Shown here: positions 9,439-20,806 of the stretch, piece after piece | Layout of the letters: each line of letters starts with the position of its first letter | Numbering within the stretch: position 1 is the stretch's first letter | Assembly (NCBI GenBank): GCA_051874735.1 | Contig: JBJEGD010000013.1 | Span: forward strand, 78,707-142,706 | Direction: 5' to 3' | DNA length: 64,000 nucleotides | DNA from: Candidatus Bruticola sp. | GTDB lineage: Bacteria; Vulcanimicrobiota; Xenobia; Xenobiales; Xenobiaceae | Program-made: the position numbers and the translations under genes | Notes under the pieces: model-generated | What the model saw: only the letters and a program-made list of their open reading frames with translations | The model's database searches: none | What the model was told of the DNA's origin: nothing

Positions 9439-12400
9439 ATGAAAGCAGTTGTTAATACCGGCAAAAATAAGCGAACTGATAACACCAGAGAAGATAAAAA
9501 CCTTAATGATGTAGTGAAGAGCGGCCATATCGCTAACCATCATCTGCTTCCTAAACTTAAATCGGTAGCTGTACGCCGTTTTCTAGCTAGTACTCAAGAT
9601 TATTTTGGCGTCTTAAGTGAAGCTGGCCAAGCAGACACTCCCTACGGAAAGGTACCGTATTTAGCTCAAGTTGTTTTAGGAGAGAGCAAAGCGGTGCTTC
9701 TGGAGTATAAAAAATCTTTAGATAGCACTCAGGGGCGTTTAGCTATATCTTTTCTGCTAGTCGAACGTTGGTCGGAGTTTCGCTTAATATTGGTTAACCA
9801 TATTGGCCAGCCACTTTATGAAACGGCCCCTGCTTATTATTGGAATGCTCTGGAAATGCCATCTCTAAGCCGCAATTTCCTTTTAGCCTGTTACATAAAA
9901 TTTTATCAGCTGAGCTTAGAAGGTCGCACATCCCTTACTTCAATTGAGTTAAGAAAATTTGATTTAGTTAATTTTGTCATTCAATTTCTGCAAGAAGGCA
10001 ACATGCTCACGAAAGCTGTTAGCGAACTTGAGGAAAAAAGAGCTGATATAGCTCGTCCTCAGCCTTTTTTTGCCGATTTGCAGGCCAGTGCCGTTTTTGG
10101 ATTATATTTGGCTTCTTGCGTTAGTTACGATGGACCCTCGGAAATTAGTTTTCAAGATGGACTGCCTTTGGTAAATTACCCTTTGTCTAAAGGGATTTTA
10201 ATTTTTAAAGTAGGTCTTCTAGCCCATTATATTTTGAAAAATCCGGCTTCGAAAGCGGCTTTGCCTGGAGCTGTCAGAGCGGTAGTAAGCCAAATATCTA
10301 ATCCCTGTCTTTGTGTTGGAGCAGAGTACAGCCCTTATCTTGATTGGCAGGATAAAATTGTGGACTTCGCTTCTGTTAAAGCGGAGCAGAATGAATGTGC
10401 TGCTTCCTCTGACGGGGCTAGCTACAGGAACGCTCCCTTTGTAGTGGCTCGCCATCTTCTCTTAGAATGGCGTTCCCAGCAGCATGAAGTGGAGAAAAAT
10501 GAAACTGGCAATAAGATAAAATTGTACCAATATTGGCTTTGTCCGGCTTGTGGCAATTTTACTACGGTTGAACGAGAAGCCGTGCCTCCTACAGGAGCGG
10601 ATATTGCCGAATTAGCTAAAGAATTGGTCAAATATACGGCCTCTCTTGAAGATCATTTATGCAGTCACTGTCGCCATAGTTTAGATATTCTGTGTCTTCA
10701 GTACACAGCTCTCGACTTTGTCTGGCCTTGGCCTGGTGTGGAACTGCTGCTGGAGATGGCGCGTACTCCTACTGATGGACGTCTGCTGCGGGGATGGGGG
10801 TGGATAAGGCTCTCCGATTTAAACAATACAGCCAAGTTCTGCAGCTGTAGTGATTCGCTTAATGAAGACAGTCTGTATAACCATTTCAAACGCTTCAGCT
10901 CTTTAATGGTTCGCACTCGAGAATTAATACGTTCCGCTTTGAGTCAGCTTAGCTACGTTGAAGAGACATCCTTGGTACAAATGCTGCCAATGGGCGGTTC
11001 TTTATTCTTGCGTTTGGAAAATGCCTCACAAGGTACTGCTAATAATTCTGAACAGGAGGAGGGCCATTTTGTTGAGCTTGAAGGCAAACAGTATTTCGTA
11101 TTTCCTATAGACTTAACTAACCCGGTTTTTGCGATGCCAGCCAACTTTATTAAGCTGGATAAGATTTTAAAAGCGCGTTACTACCTCGATTGGACTGCTT
11201 TCGTTTTATTTTCTCAAGAGCATTTCAACTATATATTCCAGGTAGAAGGCAGAGAAATTAGGATTAACTGGATTGGCTCACATAAGCAAAAAATAGAAGT
11301 CTCTAGTAAAAAAGCGTTTTTCAGTCGCAATTTAGCCGAGTTAGCCTCCCAAGCTTTTTACAGCGGATATTATCCGGAGGAAATGTTGGTTAGAGGCTGT
11401 GCTGAAGACTACAAAATTTTCCAGGAGCAAGAAGATGTTTTCGATTGGGCCGAGCATCTTCAAGCTGGAGGGGAGCCTGTGCGCTGTGAAGCCGAGGGAC
11501 GCGCCTATGCTTTGTCTACTGGTGAGGAGGTTCGAAAGGTCAGCGCTGAGGAATTGCATGAAGCTTTGGAAAAACCGATGCGTTTAGCTAAGTTTACTTT
11601 TTCTAAAGCGCCCATAAATTTGCATCGCTGCCGTTGTGGCCTGGAGGCAGTACCAAGTATAGAATTCGTCGACTCTTCTCTGTTTAGTCATTTGAAGTAC
11701 ATAAAATATGAAAAAAAGTTAGACTATATTGTTAAAGATCCTAACCATAAGTTAAACACCGAGATGTTCAGCCGCTATGAAGAGCTTGATAAGAACAGGG
11801 AAAAGGCTCTCAAAGCTTCCGGAGGAAAATTGGCTGTAGCTTTAGTAGAAATCGAGTCTCTGTCTAGAAGGTCTAAAAAAGTGCCGGGCACTTTCCAGCG
11901 TACCGGTCAGATGATGCCTTCAGAAAATGAAGCATTATTTTTAGAAGCGTTTAAAAAATGGTTCCCTAGAATGGATGAGGTGCGCCTCATTAATAAACAA
12001 AAAGTTAAAACTTCTTATTTGCAGCCGGTTTGGGCTATGCGCTGTCCTTACCATGTTGTGTATATGAATCCGTCTTCTGGATCGATCCCCAGTCTATCTT
12101 CCCGGCGTCTTTTCAGTTTAGATAGACTGAGCGGTATCTTTTCAGTATATAAATTTAGGCGTTTGTGGGTTGTTTATGGCCCCAATGCTTCATTTGTAGC
12201 ACTCGATCCGAGGTTGGCAGTAGGAGTAGCTCAAGCTGGCAATATTAACTTAGACGATTTTTTCAAAGTGGCGGTGCCTCATCAGAATGTAGTTATATTG
12301 AGCGATTTAGAAACGGATAATGAAGATTTACTGGAAGTATGGCACCGTTTCTGTTGGCGTTTTCGGCAATTTCAAGGAGCAGCTAAAGACTTTTTCCTTT

Positions 12401-12465
12401 ATGAAAGAGCTTGTTTTTGTGGAGTAGCGGCGGGCAGATTCCAGGTTAAGGTCTATCCTCTTTAG
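9439..12465 (+). CDS. Large hypothetical protein with putative Zn-binding Cys pairs
   Basis: 1008-aa ORF; CPACG...CSHC and CRCG...CPYH; C-terminal VAVPHQNVVILSD resembles DUF1444. Confidence 0.65.
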   Translation: MKAVVNTGKNKRTDNTREDKNLNDVVKSGHIANHHLLPKLKSVAVRRFLASTQDYFGVLSEAGQADTPYGKVPYLAQVVLGESKAVLLEYKKSLDSTQGRLAISFLLVERWSEFRLILVNHIGQPLYETAPAYYWNALEMPSLSRNFLLACYIKFYQLSLEGRTSLTSIELRKFDLVNFVIQFLQEGNMLTKAVSELEEKRADIARPQPFFADLQASAVFGLYLASCVSYDGPSEISFQDGLPLVNYPLSKGILIFKVGLLAHYILKNPASKAALPGAVRAVVSQISNPCLCVGAEYSPYLDWQDKIVDFASVKAEQNECAASSDGASYRNAPFVVARHLLLEWRSQQHEVEKNETGNKIKLYQYWLCPACGNFTTVEREAVPPTGADIAELAKELVKYTASLEDHLCSHCRHSLDILCLQYTALDFVWPWPGVELLLEMARTPTDGRLLRGWGWIRLSDLNNTAKFCSCSDSLNEDSLYNHFKRFSSLMVRTRELIRSALSQLSYVEETSLVQMLPMGGSLFLRLENASQGTANNSEQEEGHFVELEGKQYFVFPIDLTNPVFAMPANFIKLDKILKARYYLDWTAFVLFSQEHFNYIFQVEGREIRINWIGSHKQKIEVSSKKAFFSRNLAELASQAFYSGYYPEEMLVRGCAEDYKIFQEQEDVFDWAEHLQAGGEPVRCEAEGRAYALSTGEEVRKVSAEELHEALEKPMRLAKFTFSKAPINLHRCRCGLEAVPSIEFVDSSLFSHLKYIKYEKKLDYIVKDPNHKLNTEMFSRYEELDKNREKALKASGGKLAVALVEIESLSRRSKKVPGTFQRTGQMMPSENEALFLEAFKKWFPRMDEVRLINKQKVKTSYLQPVWAMRCPYHVVYMNPSSGSIPSLSSRRLFSLDRLSGIFSVYKFRRLWVVYGPNASFVALDPRLAVGVAQAGNINLDDFFKVAVPHQNVVILSDLETDNEDLLEVWHRFCWRFRQFQGAAKDFFLYERACFCGVAAGRFQVKVYPL

Positions 12466-12681
12466 GATAAAATTTAATTTTTGCTTCAGCATTTTATAAA
12501 GCTGGCATATAAAAAGAGGTTGAAGTGTTAGCCGGAAAAAATATGTTGAACTGAACCGACCGGGTAGGCTACGCTTTCAAAAAAAGGAAGCCAGCTGTAC
12601 AGTGAGAAGTCTGTCCCCAATTTTGGAATGTTGGTGCAGTTTTAGTTGGGGGGCAGCAAGTTCGGAATTAAGGAGAAGTAT

Positions 12682-15276
12682 ATGGGGATGGAGCCGTTTT
12701 CGCATGAAGCTAGGGTGTCTATAGTTTATGCCCGTGAAGCAGCTAAATCTTTTGGAAGCAGTTATATCGGCCCAGAACATCTTTTAATGGGATTAGCAGC
12801 CAATGTCAGTTCCGAGGTAAGCGGTCTTCTGCAGAAGTACGGCATAACTTCAGAGCTTCTATATAATGAAGTATCCAAAGATTTGGGTGAGGCTTCGGCT
12901 TATCAGAGCATGATGTTTACTCAGTCTGCCAAAGAAGTCATTCAAGAAGCTTTTAAGTGCTCTCGTCGTTATGAAAGAAGTTCCGTAGGATGTGAAGCGC
13001 TCCTGTGGGCTATTTTGGAAGTTGCTGAAAATGGCGACAGCTCCTCGAAATCAGAAGTTATTTGTCGAATTTTAGGCAATTTTGATAAGGAGAATTTAGA
13101 GAACTTAAAAGAAGACGTCAAGTCTATTATAGCTGACAGTGACGAAAATGGGAAAGACAAGCGTTCTTCTAGTACGTCTGCATCAGGAAAGAGAGCTGCG
13201 GCTAGAACTCCTGTTTTAGACAGTTACTGCCGCGATCTTACCAAGTTGGCGCAAGAAGGCAAACTCGATCCTTTAGTAGGGCGTCACAACGAGCTGGAAC
13301 GCGTTATTATGGTTTTATCGCGCCGCAACAAGTGTAATCCGGTGCTGATAGGTGATCCTGGAGTGGGAAAAACGGCTATCGTAGAAGGTTTAGCGCAGCG
13401 GATTGTCAGCGGTGAAGTTCCGGATAAGCTCAGAGGTATGCGGGTCTGTTCTCTCTCCCTTTCCAGTGTAGTAGCCGGTACGCGTTACCGCGGAGATTTT
13501 GAAGATCGTCTGAACAAAATTCTCAAAGAGCTCACCGATACTAAATCTAAAGTTATTCTCTTTATCGATGAAATTCATGCATTAGTTGGGGCTGGTGACA
13601 GTGAGGGCGGTATCGACGCCTCTAGCATTCTCAAGCCGGCTTTGGCTCGCGGTGAATTCCAGTGTATTGGAGCTACAACTGTAGGCGAGTACACTAAATA
13701 TATTGAAAAAGATCCTGCTTTAGAGAGACGGTTTCAGACTGTTGATGTCAAAGAGCCGAGTGAGCAGGAAACTTGCAATATAATTTTCGGTCTGCGCGAT
13801 CGCTACGAAAGCTTCCACAATGTCGATATTTCAGAAGAAGCTGTGCGTGAGGCGGTGCGTTTGTCGAATCGTTATCTTCCCGATCGCCTTCTGCCCGATA
13901 AGGCTATCGATGTTATCGACGAGGCTTGCAGTCGCGTTAGTTTAGCCCGGGCTAACAAACCGAAGGAGCTTATTAGTAAGTCTGAAGAGGTGCGCGATTT
14001 GGTGCGTCGTCGTGATGAGGCTTTGGTTGAACAGGATTATGAATTAGCCGACGATCTTCGCTTAAAGGAAGAAAGCGCCCGTACGGTTTTAAACAGATTA
14101 GAAAACGATTGGCAGGAGCGTTTGGATTGCTCAGACTATATAAAGGGCAAACGGCCTGTGGTTAAAGCTGACAATGTGGCTTACGTTGTTTCCTTGATGT
14201 CCGGAGTTCCTTTAAATAATGTCACTCAAAATGAAGCTGCTCGTTTGAGCAACATTGAGCAGATATTACATGAGCGCGTGGTAGGGCAGGATGAGCCGAT
14301 TAAAGTAGTGAGTCGGGCTATTAAGAGGGCCAGGGCCGGATTAAAAGATCCTAATAAGCCTATCGGATCTTTTCTTTTCTTAGGCCCCACTGGTGTAGGT
14401 AAAACGGAGTTGGCCCGCACGTTGGCTCAATTCCTCTTCGATGATGAAAATGCGCTGATCCGTTTGGACATGTCGGAGTATTCTGAAAAATTCACAGTTT
14501 CTCGTCTCTACGGAGCCGCTCCTGGTTATGTAGGCTACGACGAAGGTGGGGAATTGACTGATGCCGTACGTCGCAAGCCTTATTCGGTAGTGCTTTTTGA
14601 TGAAATAGAAAAAGCTCACCCTGATATATTTAATGTGCTTTTACAGATTATGGATGAAGGACGTCTAACTGACTCTAAGCGTCATGTGGTAGACTTCAAG
14701 AATGTAGTCGTTATTCTCACTTCCAATATCGGATTTGCCAATCCCGATCCTAGTGCTAATATGGGACTGCGTGGCAACCGCGATGATGGTTCTCCTCAAG
14801 TTCGTTTTGAGCGCATGAGAAAGCGCGTTTTAGACGAAACTAAGCAGATATTTAAGCCTGAATTTTTGAACCGCCTCGATGCTTCTGTGGTCTTCCATAG
14901 TTTAGAAAGTGAAGATCTGCTTAAAATTGTCGATATTATGCTGGACAAAGTTCGCAAAGAATTATCGGCCAACCATCGCAGTTTTGAAGTTACCCAAGAT
15001 GTTAAAAGGGCTTTAGTGGCTTCGTGCCGCGAGCCTCAATATGGGGCCCGTCCTTTGCGTCGAGCTATTCAGCAGATGCTTGAAGATCCTCTGGCTGATA
15101 AAGTTATTGAAGGTGAGTTCCCTGAAGGTAGCTGTATGCTGATCGATTTGAGCGAAGAGGCGCGCATTGAGTTGACTACTCGCGAGGCCGAGGGGATGAT
15201 TTCTACGACGGGCAAGACCTCTGATAACGGCGAGGAGGAAACTTTCCGCTTTGTTTTCAAGTTATCTGAAGATTAG
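12682..15276 (+). CDS. clpC: ATP-dependent Clp protease ATP-binding subunit ClpC
   Basis: Clp N domain; D1 [14 protein letters not shown]; UVR-like middle domain ([10 protein letters not shown]); D2 [26 protein letters not shown]; AGGAG RBS before ATG 12682. Confidence 0.92.
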   Translation: MGMEPFSHEARVSIVYAREAAKSFGSSYIGPEHLLMGLAANVSSEVSGLLQKYGITSELLYNEVSKDLGEASAYQSMMFTQSAKEVIQEAFKCSRRYERSSVGCEALLWAILEVAENGDSSSKSEVICRILGNFDKENLENLKEDVKSIIADSDENGKDKRSSSTSASGKRAAARTPVLDSYCRDLTKLAQEGKLDPLVGRHNELERVIMVLSRRNKCNPVLIGDPGVGKTAIVEGLAQRIVSGEVPDKLRGMRVCSLSLSSVVAGTRYRGDFEDRLNKILKELTDTKSKVILFIDEIHALVGAGDSEGGIDASSILKPALARGEFQCIGATTVGEYTKYIEKDPALERRFQTVDVKEPSEQETCNIIFGLRDRYESFHNVDISEEAVREAVRLSNRYLPDRLLPDKAIDVIDEACSRVSLARANKPKELISKSEEVRDLVRRRDEALVEQDYELADDLRLKEESARTVLNRLENDWQERLDCSDYIKGKRPVVKADNVAYVVSLMSGVPLNNVTQNEAARLSNIEQILHERVVGQDEPIKVVSRAIKRARAGLKDPNKPIGSFLFLGPTGVGKTELARTLAQFLFDDENALIRLDMSEYSEKFTVSRLYGAAPGYVGYDEGGELTDAVRRKPYSVVLFDEIEKAHPDIFNVLLQIMDEGRLTDSKRHVVDFKNVVVILTSNIGFANPDPSANMGLRGNRDDGSPQVRFERMRKRVLDETKQIFKPEFLNRLDASVVFHSLESEDLLKIVDIMLDKVRKELSANHRSFEVTQDVKRALVASCREPQYGARPLRRAIQQMLEDPLADKVIEGEFPEGSCMLIDLSEEARIELTTREAEGMISTTGKTSDNGEEETFRFVFKLSED

Positions 15277-15334
15277 TTCAAGAGGCTTAAGGTAAGAAAA
15301 CGTTAGAGGTATAGACTGTTCAAGGATATTGACC

Positions 15335-15364
15335 TTGACAGGCAACGCAACTCGGCGTTATAAT
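15335..15364 (+). promoter_or_regulatory. Sigma70-type promoter of tRNA-Ala
   Basis: TTGACA-18 nt-TATAAT, about 20 nt upstream of the tRNA. Confidence 0.85.
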
Positions 15365-15383
15365 TGATAACGCCTTGTAGCGT

Positions 15384-15456
<73 letters not shown>

Positions 15457-15471
15457 CTGTATATGGTAGTT

Positions 15472-15510
15472 AAGAGCTTGAAGCTTGTGAGTTTCGGGCT
15501 CTTTTTTTTT
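15472..15510 (+). terminator. Intrinsic terminator after tRNA-Ala
   Basis: AAGAGCTTGAAGC...GTTTCGGGCTCTT hairpin followed by a T-run. Confidence 0.75.
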
Positions 15511-15720
15511 GTTAGGCAAAATAATTGAGTACGGTTAGATCGATTATGGAGATTGTAGCGGGGCACTAGTAAATCAGCTGGTAGGAGGGTATAGCTATTT
15601 GACAGTTGATTGGGGCTGTGTTTCAATAACGGAAATTTTTGTTGGAGTTATCAGCTAGGTTAATCTTTATATGTACTAAATATGGGCTATGTAATGTTCC
15701 AATATTGTCATTAATTGTGT

Positions 15721-18700
15721 ATGTCTGAAAAATTACGCGCTGGTTATTTATTTGCGGAGGCTGAGAGTCTTAAAGTGAACAATAAAAAATTGGAAAAATG
15801 GGCCAATCTGCTTCTTGATACTGGAAAAAGAAATAATCTAATTAATTTTAAAGATTCGAAGTTCGCTTCTGTAGAAGTTTTACTGCCGGGAGTTAGTGTT
15901 CTTTTTGAGAAAATAGATAGCAATGCGCAGTTTTCTGTTTTCGATCCTAAAATTAACGAAGATGATGATAGCGTAGAAGAAGGCACAGCTGCTACTTTAT
16001 CAGAGCAAGATGAAGCTAATAACGATGCTCGAGCTGCTTATATAGCCAAATATAGTCCGCGTCTTAAAACGTCAAAACAGCTGCTTTTGTACAATAGCGG
16101 CAGCAGTCCGATTACCGCTCTCAAGAATATTAGTAAAAAATCAAAAGAATTTATTGAAGAAACGGGCGTCAATGTGGCCCATATGGCTTTCGGCTTCATA
16201 CATTGGAAGGAGAGCGAATCTTCACAATACGTGTATTCTGCACCTGTGCTGCTGATTCCGATTCTTTTGGAGCAGGAGTCCGTTACCGCTCCTTTTTATA
16301 TACGTTCCTCCGGCGATGATATTATTGTCAATCCCACTTTTTCTTATAAATTGGAAGCTGAGTATGGTATAAAAATTCCTGAATATAATGACGAAAATTT
16401 AAGTGATTATTTGGCGCAGATTGAGCTATTGATAAAAGGATTAAAGTGGCAAGTTTCTGCTGAGTGCAAAATAGGCATTTTCTCCTTTTTAAAAATAAAT
16501 ATGTATCAAGATCTGAAAGATAACAGCGCCGCTATTTTAGCTAACGCGAATGTGCGCTCCCTTTTAGGTGAAGAGGGAGGGGCTGAGCGAGGCGCTAGCC
16601 TGGCTGTTAGTAGCAGAGGTGTTGATAACCCGCTCATAGAGTTGCACAATGTGGTCGACGCCGACTCCAGCCAAATTGAAGCGATTGAAATGGCCAAGAG
16701 CGGTAAAAGTTTTGTACTTCAAGGACCTCCGGGAACTGGTAAGAGTCAAACAATTACTAATATTATTGCCGAATGTTTGGGAGATGGTAAGAAAGTACTG
16801 TTCGTTTCTGAAAAGCTGGCTGCTTTAAAAGTTGTTTATGACAAACTAAAGAAGGCTAACTTAGCTGAATTTTGTTTAGAGTTGCACAGTCATAAAGCCA
16901 ATAAAAAGAGCATTATCGAAGATTTATGCAGCACGCTCAAAATGAGTAAAAGCACTGTCTCGGCTAAAGCTGACTCAGAAATTGCTTTGAAGAGAAAATT
17001 TATGCAGCAGCTTGATTCTTATGCTACTGAATTGCATAAGCAGAGAGCTAATATAAACAAGAGCGTGTATCAGCTTTACGAATCTTTATCAGCGTTGCGT
17101 AAAGCTCCGGAAATTGAGTGGGCTATACCTCAAATCAGTGAAAAAAATGAAAATTTTTTGCATGAAATTGATTCATTGTTATCTCAGTACGCCTGTTTTG
17201 TGCCCTCAATCGGTTACGATTATCAAAATAATTCGTGGTATGGATACAATAATCAGGATAATTCTTATCAGCATAAACTTCAGCTGAAGCAGTATTTAGA
17301 GTCTACTGTTAAATTTTTAGACAATATTGCCGATTCCGCTGAAGAAATTTCCCATAAATACGAAATTGCTTGTCACAGCATTCAAGGGATATGTGCTTGG
17401 CGAAAATTATTGTCCCTTTTAGCTGAATCGAATATCGTTGCGCCTCAATTACTGCAAAAATCTAGAATTGATCAAGTTAATGAGCGTATCGCCGAGCTGC
17501 AGCAGCGCAGTGAGGCTGTAGCAGCGATAAAAGCTGAGTTAGATCAAACTTTTTCCGAAACTATATACGATCTTAATGGGCAGGTGCTACAGGCTAAGCT
17601 CAATGGGAGGTTCCGTAGCTTTTGGGCCCGCCTATTTAGTTTTGAATATTGGAAAATTGCTCAAGATGTGCGGCGGTGTAGCAAGGGGGGACAGCGTTTT
17701 TCTTACTCTAAGCTGGTTGAATGCATACGGAAATTGGCTGATAAGCAGAAGCAGGAGGTTGGTTTTAACCAAACTGCTTCAGTGATAAAAGACTGGTTGG
17801 GTACAGCTTATCAAGGTTTGCAGACTGACTGGAAGGTTGTAGGTCCTCAGTTGAAGCAACTTGGCAGCCTAGCAGAAGCCGGAGGCAGTTTCGGCAAGTT
17901 AGCGGAAATGGACGACTCAGTTTTCGAGGCTGCAAGAGAAGAGTTCAAAAATTCAGCCGAAGCTTTGGCTCTTCACGTGGACTCAGTTCAGACTGCAATG
18001 CAAGATCTCGGCAGTTGGTTCTCACCAGAAATAGTAAATTTGCTGACTTTAGATATAGACGAAGCGCGGCGCAAGTGTAACTGCTGTTTAAGTGAGTTTG
18101 ATAAATTGGAAAATTGGTGCAGTTTGCGTCGGTTGCTCTTGGAACTGCAGAGTAAAGGTCTGCTTCCTTTCCTCAAAGTTGCTCTTCAAGCTGGCATTCC
18201 AGCTGATTCATTAGCTCCAGCCTTTGGACGCCAATTTTATACTCAATGGATTTATTACATTTTATCCTTAAGTCCCATATTATCTTCTTTCAATCGCGCT
18301 TCTCAGGATAGAGCTATCGAGATGTTCAAAGAGAAAGACCCCGAACAGTTCGAAATAAACAAAGCTTCTATTCGGGCGATGCTTTCCGCTCAGAGGCCCT
18401 CCCTAGATTTAATGGCTTCGGGCAGTGCTTCGGCCGTTTTGTTGCGAGAAGGTGAGAAAAAGCGCAGACAAAAGGGCATAAGAACGCTGCTGTCTGAAGT
18501 AGGGGAATTAGTACAGCGCATTAAGCCGTGCTTTTTGATGTCGCCTTTGAGCGTCAGTACCTTTTTAGCTCCAGGAGCTGTCTCTTTTGATACCGTTGTT
18601 TTCGATGAAGCTTCCCAAATTTTTCCCCAAGATGCCATTGGAGCGATTTACAGAGGCAAGCAGCTGATTGTAGTGGGAGACTCCAAGCAGATGCCGCCCA

Positions 18701-20409
18701 GTAATTTCTTCAATACTTCTTCAGAAGACCCCAATGATGATGAAAGCGGAGATATTAACGATTTTGAGTCTGTTTTAGATTTGTGTTCCGCTTCTATGCC
18801 TCAACTGCGTCTGAGCTGGCACTACCGCAGCCGTTGTGAGCAGTTAATTGCTTTTTCTAATAAAAATTTTTATGACAATAGTTTAACTACTTTCCCTTCA
18901 GCTAAAGCTGATGGCCAGTGGTATGGTATCGATTATTACTATTCTGGAGGAGTGTTCGATCGTAGAAGCCACAATAATCTTAAAGAAGCAGAGTTTGTAG
19001 TCGATTTAATTTACCAGAATATTGCCGTTCATCCGGAACGCAGCTTGGGCGTTGTAGCCTTCAGTGTATCTCAGCAAGAGCTGATCGACAAACTTTTATC
19101 TCGCCGGAGGCAGCAGAAGCCGGAGCAGGAGTATTTCTTCCGCAACGATGCTCAGGAACCGTTCTTTATTAAAAATTTAGAGACGGTTCAGGGAGATGAG
19201 CGCGATACTATTATTTTCAGTGTAGCTTACGGCCGAGATGCCCAGGGGCGTTTGCTTTATAACTTTGGCCCGTTAAATAGGGTAGGAGGAGAGAGACGCC
19301 TTAATGTGGCGGTGACGCGTGCCAAATATAATATTCAGTTAGTCTCTTCTATGCATTATACTGATATAGATTTGAAGCGTACTAGTGCTGAGGGAGCTAG
19401 GCTTTTGCGGGAATATCTCGATTTAGCAGAAAACGGCAATATCGCTTTAGAACGATCGATCAGTGTTAATCAGTTTGAACAATTCGATTCTGATTTTGAG
19501 CTGGAAGTTTGTGAATATTTGCGCTCTAAAGGATTTTCTGTCGATACTCAGGTCGGCTGTTCCGGTTTTAGAATTGATCTTGGTTTAAAGAAACCGGATA
19601 GTTCCGATTATGTTTTGGCCATAGAATGTGACGGAGCTTCTTACCATTCTTCCAAAAATGCGAGAGATAGAGATAGGCTGAGGCAGGAAATTTTAGAACG
19701 TATGGGGTGGAAGTTCTACAGAATTTGGTCTACTGATTGGTTTAAAAATAAGTCGGTGGAACAGGAGCGTCTTTTAGAAGCCGCCTCTAGGGCTATACGG
19801 GAATCAGCAAGTTGCCAATCTGCCGTTTCTGTCGCTTCCGAAGCAAACCAGCCTACAACAAATTTCGAAGAATCTGCTCCAGAAGAACGAACTCAATTTA
19901 AACTTTACAAGGCGGCCGATATTGAGTCATTAAGTTATCGATACATGGCGTTCGATAACTTCAAAGGTTTAGTTAAAGCTATTTTGCAAGTTGAAGCCCC
20001 TTTATCTGAAGAGTGGCTGCTAAAACGTACCGTTCACTTTTTTGATCGAGAAAAGGTAACTAATGTTGTTCAGCGTCTTTATGAAGAAAAAATGGCCGGT
20101 TGTGAACGGATAGGTATTGTGCGTCGCGGTGGTTTCCTTTATTTGCAGGGAGCTAACAAAATAGAATTTCGTGTCCCCGGTGATCTGACTCGTGAGATAA
20201 AATATATCGCTCCGGAAGAATTGGCAGTGGCTATGGTAGAAATAGTTAAGCAAAATGTAACTATTGAAAAAAACAGCTTATATAAGTTCTTAGCTTCTAA
20301 ATGTGGCTTTGCTAGAGTAAATAAAAGTGCTAGTGAATATTTTGAGGAAGTGCTTAGTTCTTTAGGTAATAAATTAAATATAGAGGGCAATTTAGTTTCT
20401 TTAAAATAA
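15721..20409 (+). CDS. DUF4011 - SF1 (Upf1-like) helicase - Vsr-like nuclease - DUF3320 protein (Hhe-like, putative anti-phage)
   Basis: N-terminal WANLLLDTGKRNNLINF; QGPPGTGKSQT, FDEASQ, VGDSKQMPP, WHYRS, VQGDERD, RLNVAVTRAK; nuclease FRIDLG...IECDGASYH...RDRLRQEILERMGW. Confidence 0.88.
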   Translation: MSEKLRAGYLFAEAESLKVNNKKLEKWANLLLDTGKRNNLINFKDSKFASVEVLLPGVSVLFEKIDSNAQFSVFDPKINEDDDSVEEGTAATLSEQDEANNDARAAYIAKYSPRLKTSKQLLLYNSGSSPITALKNISKKSKEFIEETGVNVAHMAFGFIHWKESESSQYVYSAPVLLIPILLEQESVTAPFYIRSSGDDIIVNPTFSYKLEAEYGIKIPEYNDENLSDYLAQIELLIKGLKWQVSAECKIGIFSFLKINMYQDLKDNSAAILANANVRSLLGEEGGAERGASLAVSSRGVDNPLIELHNVVDADSSQIEAIEMAKSGKSFVLQGPPGTGKSQTITNIIAECLGDGKKVLFVSEKLAALKVVYDKLKKANLAEFCLELHSHKANKKSIIEDLCSTLKMSKSTVSAKADSEIALKRKFMQQLDSYATELHKQRANINKSVYQLYESLSALRKAPEIEWAIPQISEKNENFLHEIDSLLSQYACFVPSIGYDYQNNSWYGYNNQDNSYQHKLQLKQYLESTVKFLDNIADSAEEISHKYEIACHSIQGICAWRKLLSLLAESNIVAPQLLQKSRIDQVNERIAELQQRSEAVAAIKAELDQTFSETIYDLNGQVLQAKLNGRFRSFWARLFSFEYWKIAQDVRRCSKGGQRFSYSKLVECIRKLADKQKQEVGFNQTASVIKDWLGTAYQGLQTDWKVVGPQLKQLGSLAEAGGSFGKLAEMDDSVFEAAREEFKNSAEALALHVDSVQTAMQDLGSWFSPEIVNLLTLDIDEARRKCNCCLSEFDKLENWCSLRRLLLELQSKGLLPFLKVALQAGIPADSLAPAFGRQFYTQWIYYILSLSPILSSFNRASQDRAIEMFKEKDPEQFEINKASIRAMLSAQRPSLDLMASGSASAVLLREGEKKRRQKGIRTLLSEVGELVQRIKPCFLMSPLSVSTFLAPGAVSFDTVVFDEASQIFPQDAIGAIYRGKQLIVVGDSKQMPPSNFFNTSSEDPNDDESGDINDFESVLDLCSASMPQLRLSWHYRSRCEQLIAFSNKNFYDNSLTTFPSAKADGQWYGIDYYYSGGVFDRRSHNNLKEAEFVVDLIYQNIAVHPERSLGVVAFSVSQQELIDKLLSRRRQQKPEQEYFFRNDAQEPFFIKNLETVQGDERDTIIFSVAYGRDAQGRLLYNFGPLNRVGGERRLNVAVTRAKYNIQLVSSMHYTDIDLKRTSAEGARLLREYLDLAENGNIALERSISVNQFEQFDSDFELEVCEYLRSKGFSVDTQVGCSGFRIDLGLKKPDSSDYVLAIECDGASYHSSKNARDRDRLRQEILERMGWKFYRIWSTDWFKNKSVEQERLLEAASRAIRESASCQSAVSVASEANQPTTNFEESAPEERTQFKLYKAADIESLSYRYMAFDNFKGLVKAILQVEAPLSEEWLLKRTVHFFDREKVTNVVQRLYEEKMAGCERIGIVRRGGFLYLQGANKIEFRVPGDLTREIKYIAPEELAVAMVEIVKQNVTIEKNSLYKFLASKCGFARVNKSASEYFEEVLSSLGNKLNIEGNLVSLK

Positions 20410-20440
20410 AAGAGCCAGGGTTGTTGAGCTGAGGTGAAGT

Positions 20441-20677
20441 GTGCGGAATATTTTATTTACTTTAATAATGATTATTTGTATTGCGGTGGGCTTTGTGGTG
20501 GGACCGGCAGCAGGTTTCGCTCTCTTAATTGTGTTGGCTCTGTCAGCCCTGTTGCTCCGTTTAATATACAGATTTATAAGAAATATAGGAAGCTTTAGCT
20601 GTCGGATGCTTAAGGTAGCTGCTGTAAGTTGGCTGTTTAAATTTTTCAGCTCACTACTTAGAAGAGGGAGCGAGTAG
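20441..20677 (+). CDS. Small hypothetical membrane protein
   Basis: GAGGTG RBS and GTG start; strongly hydrophobic N-terminal half. Confidence 0.55.
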   Translation: MRNILFTLIMIICIAVGFVVGPAAGFALLIVLALSALLLRLIYRFIRNIGSFSCRMLKVAAVSWLFKFFSSLLRRGSE

Positions 20678-20806
20678 TATAAACTGTAGTATTAATCTAG
20701 CAGTTTTTATAAAGGAAAATATGGGGCGTTTAACAATAGCTGTTTGCTAAAACCGATATTTTGTGTCTCCAATGCGTCGGCTTGAGTCCGCTAAATTAAC
20801 AACTAT

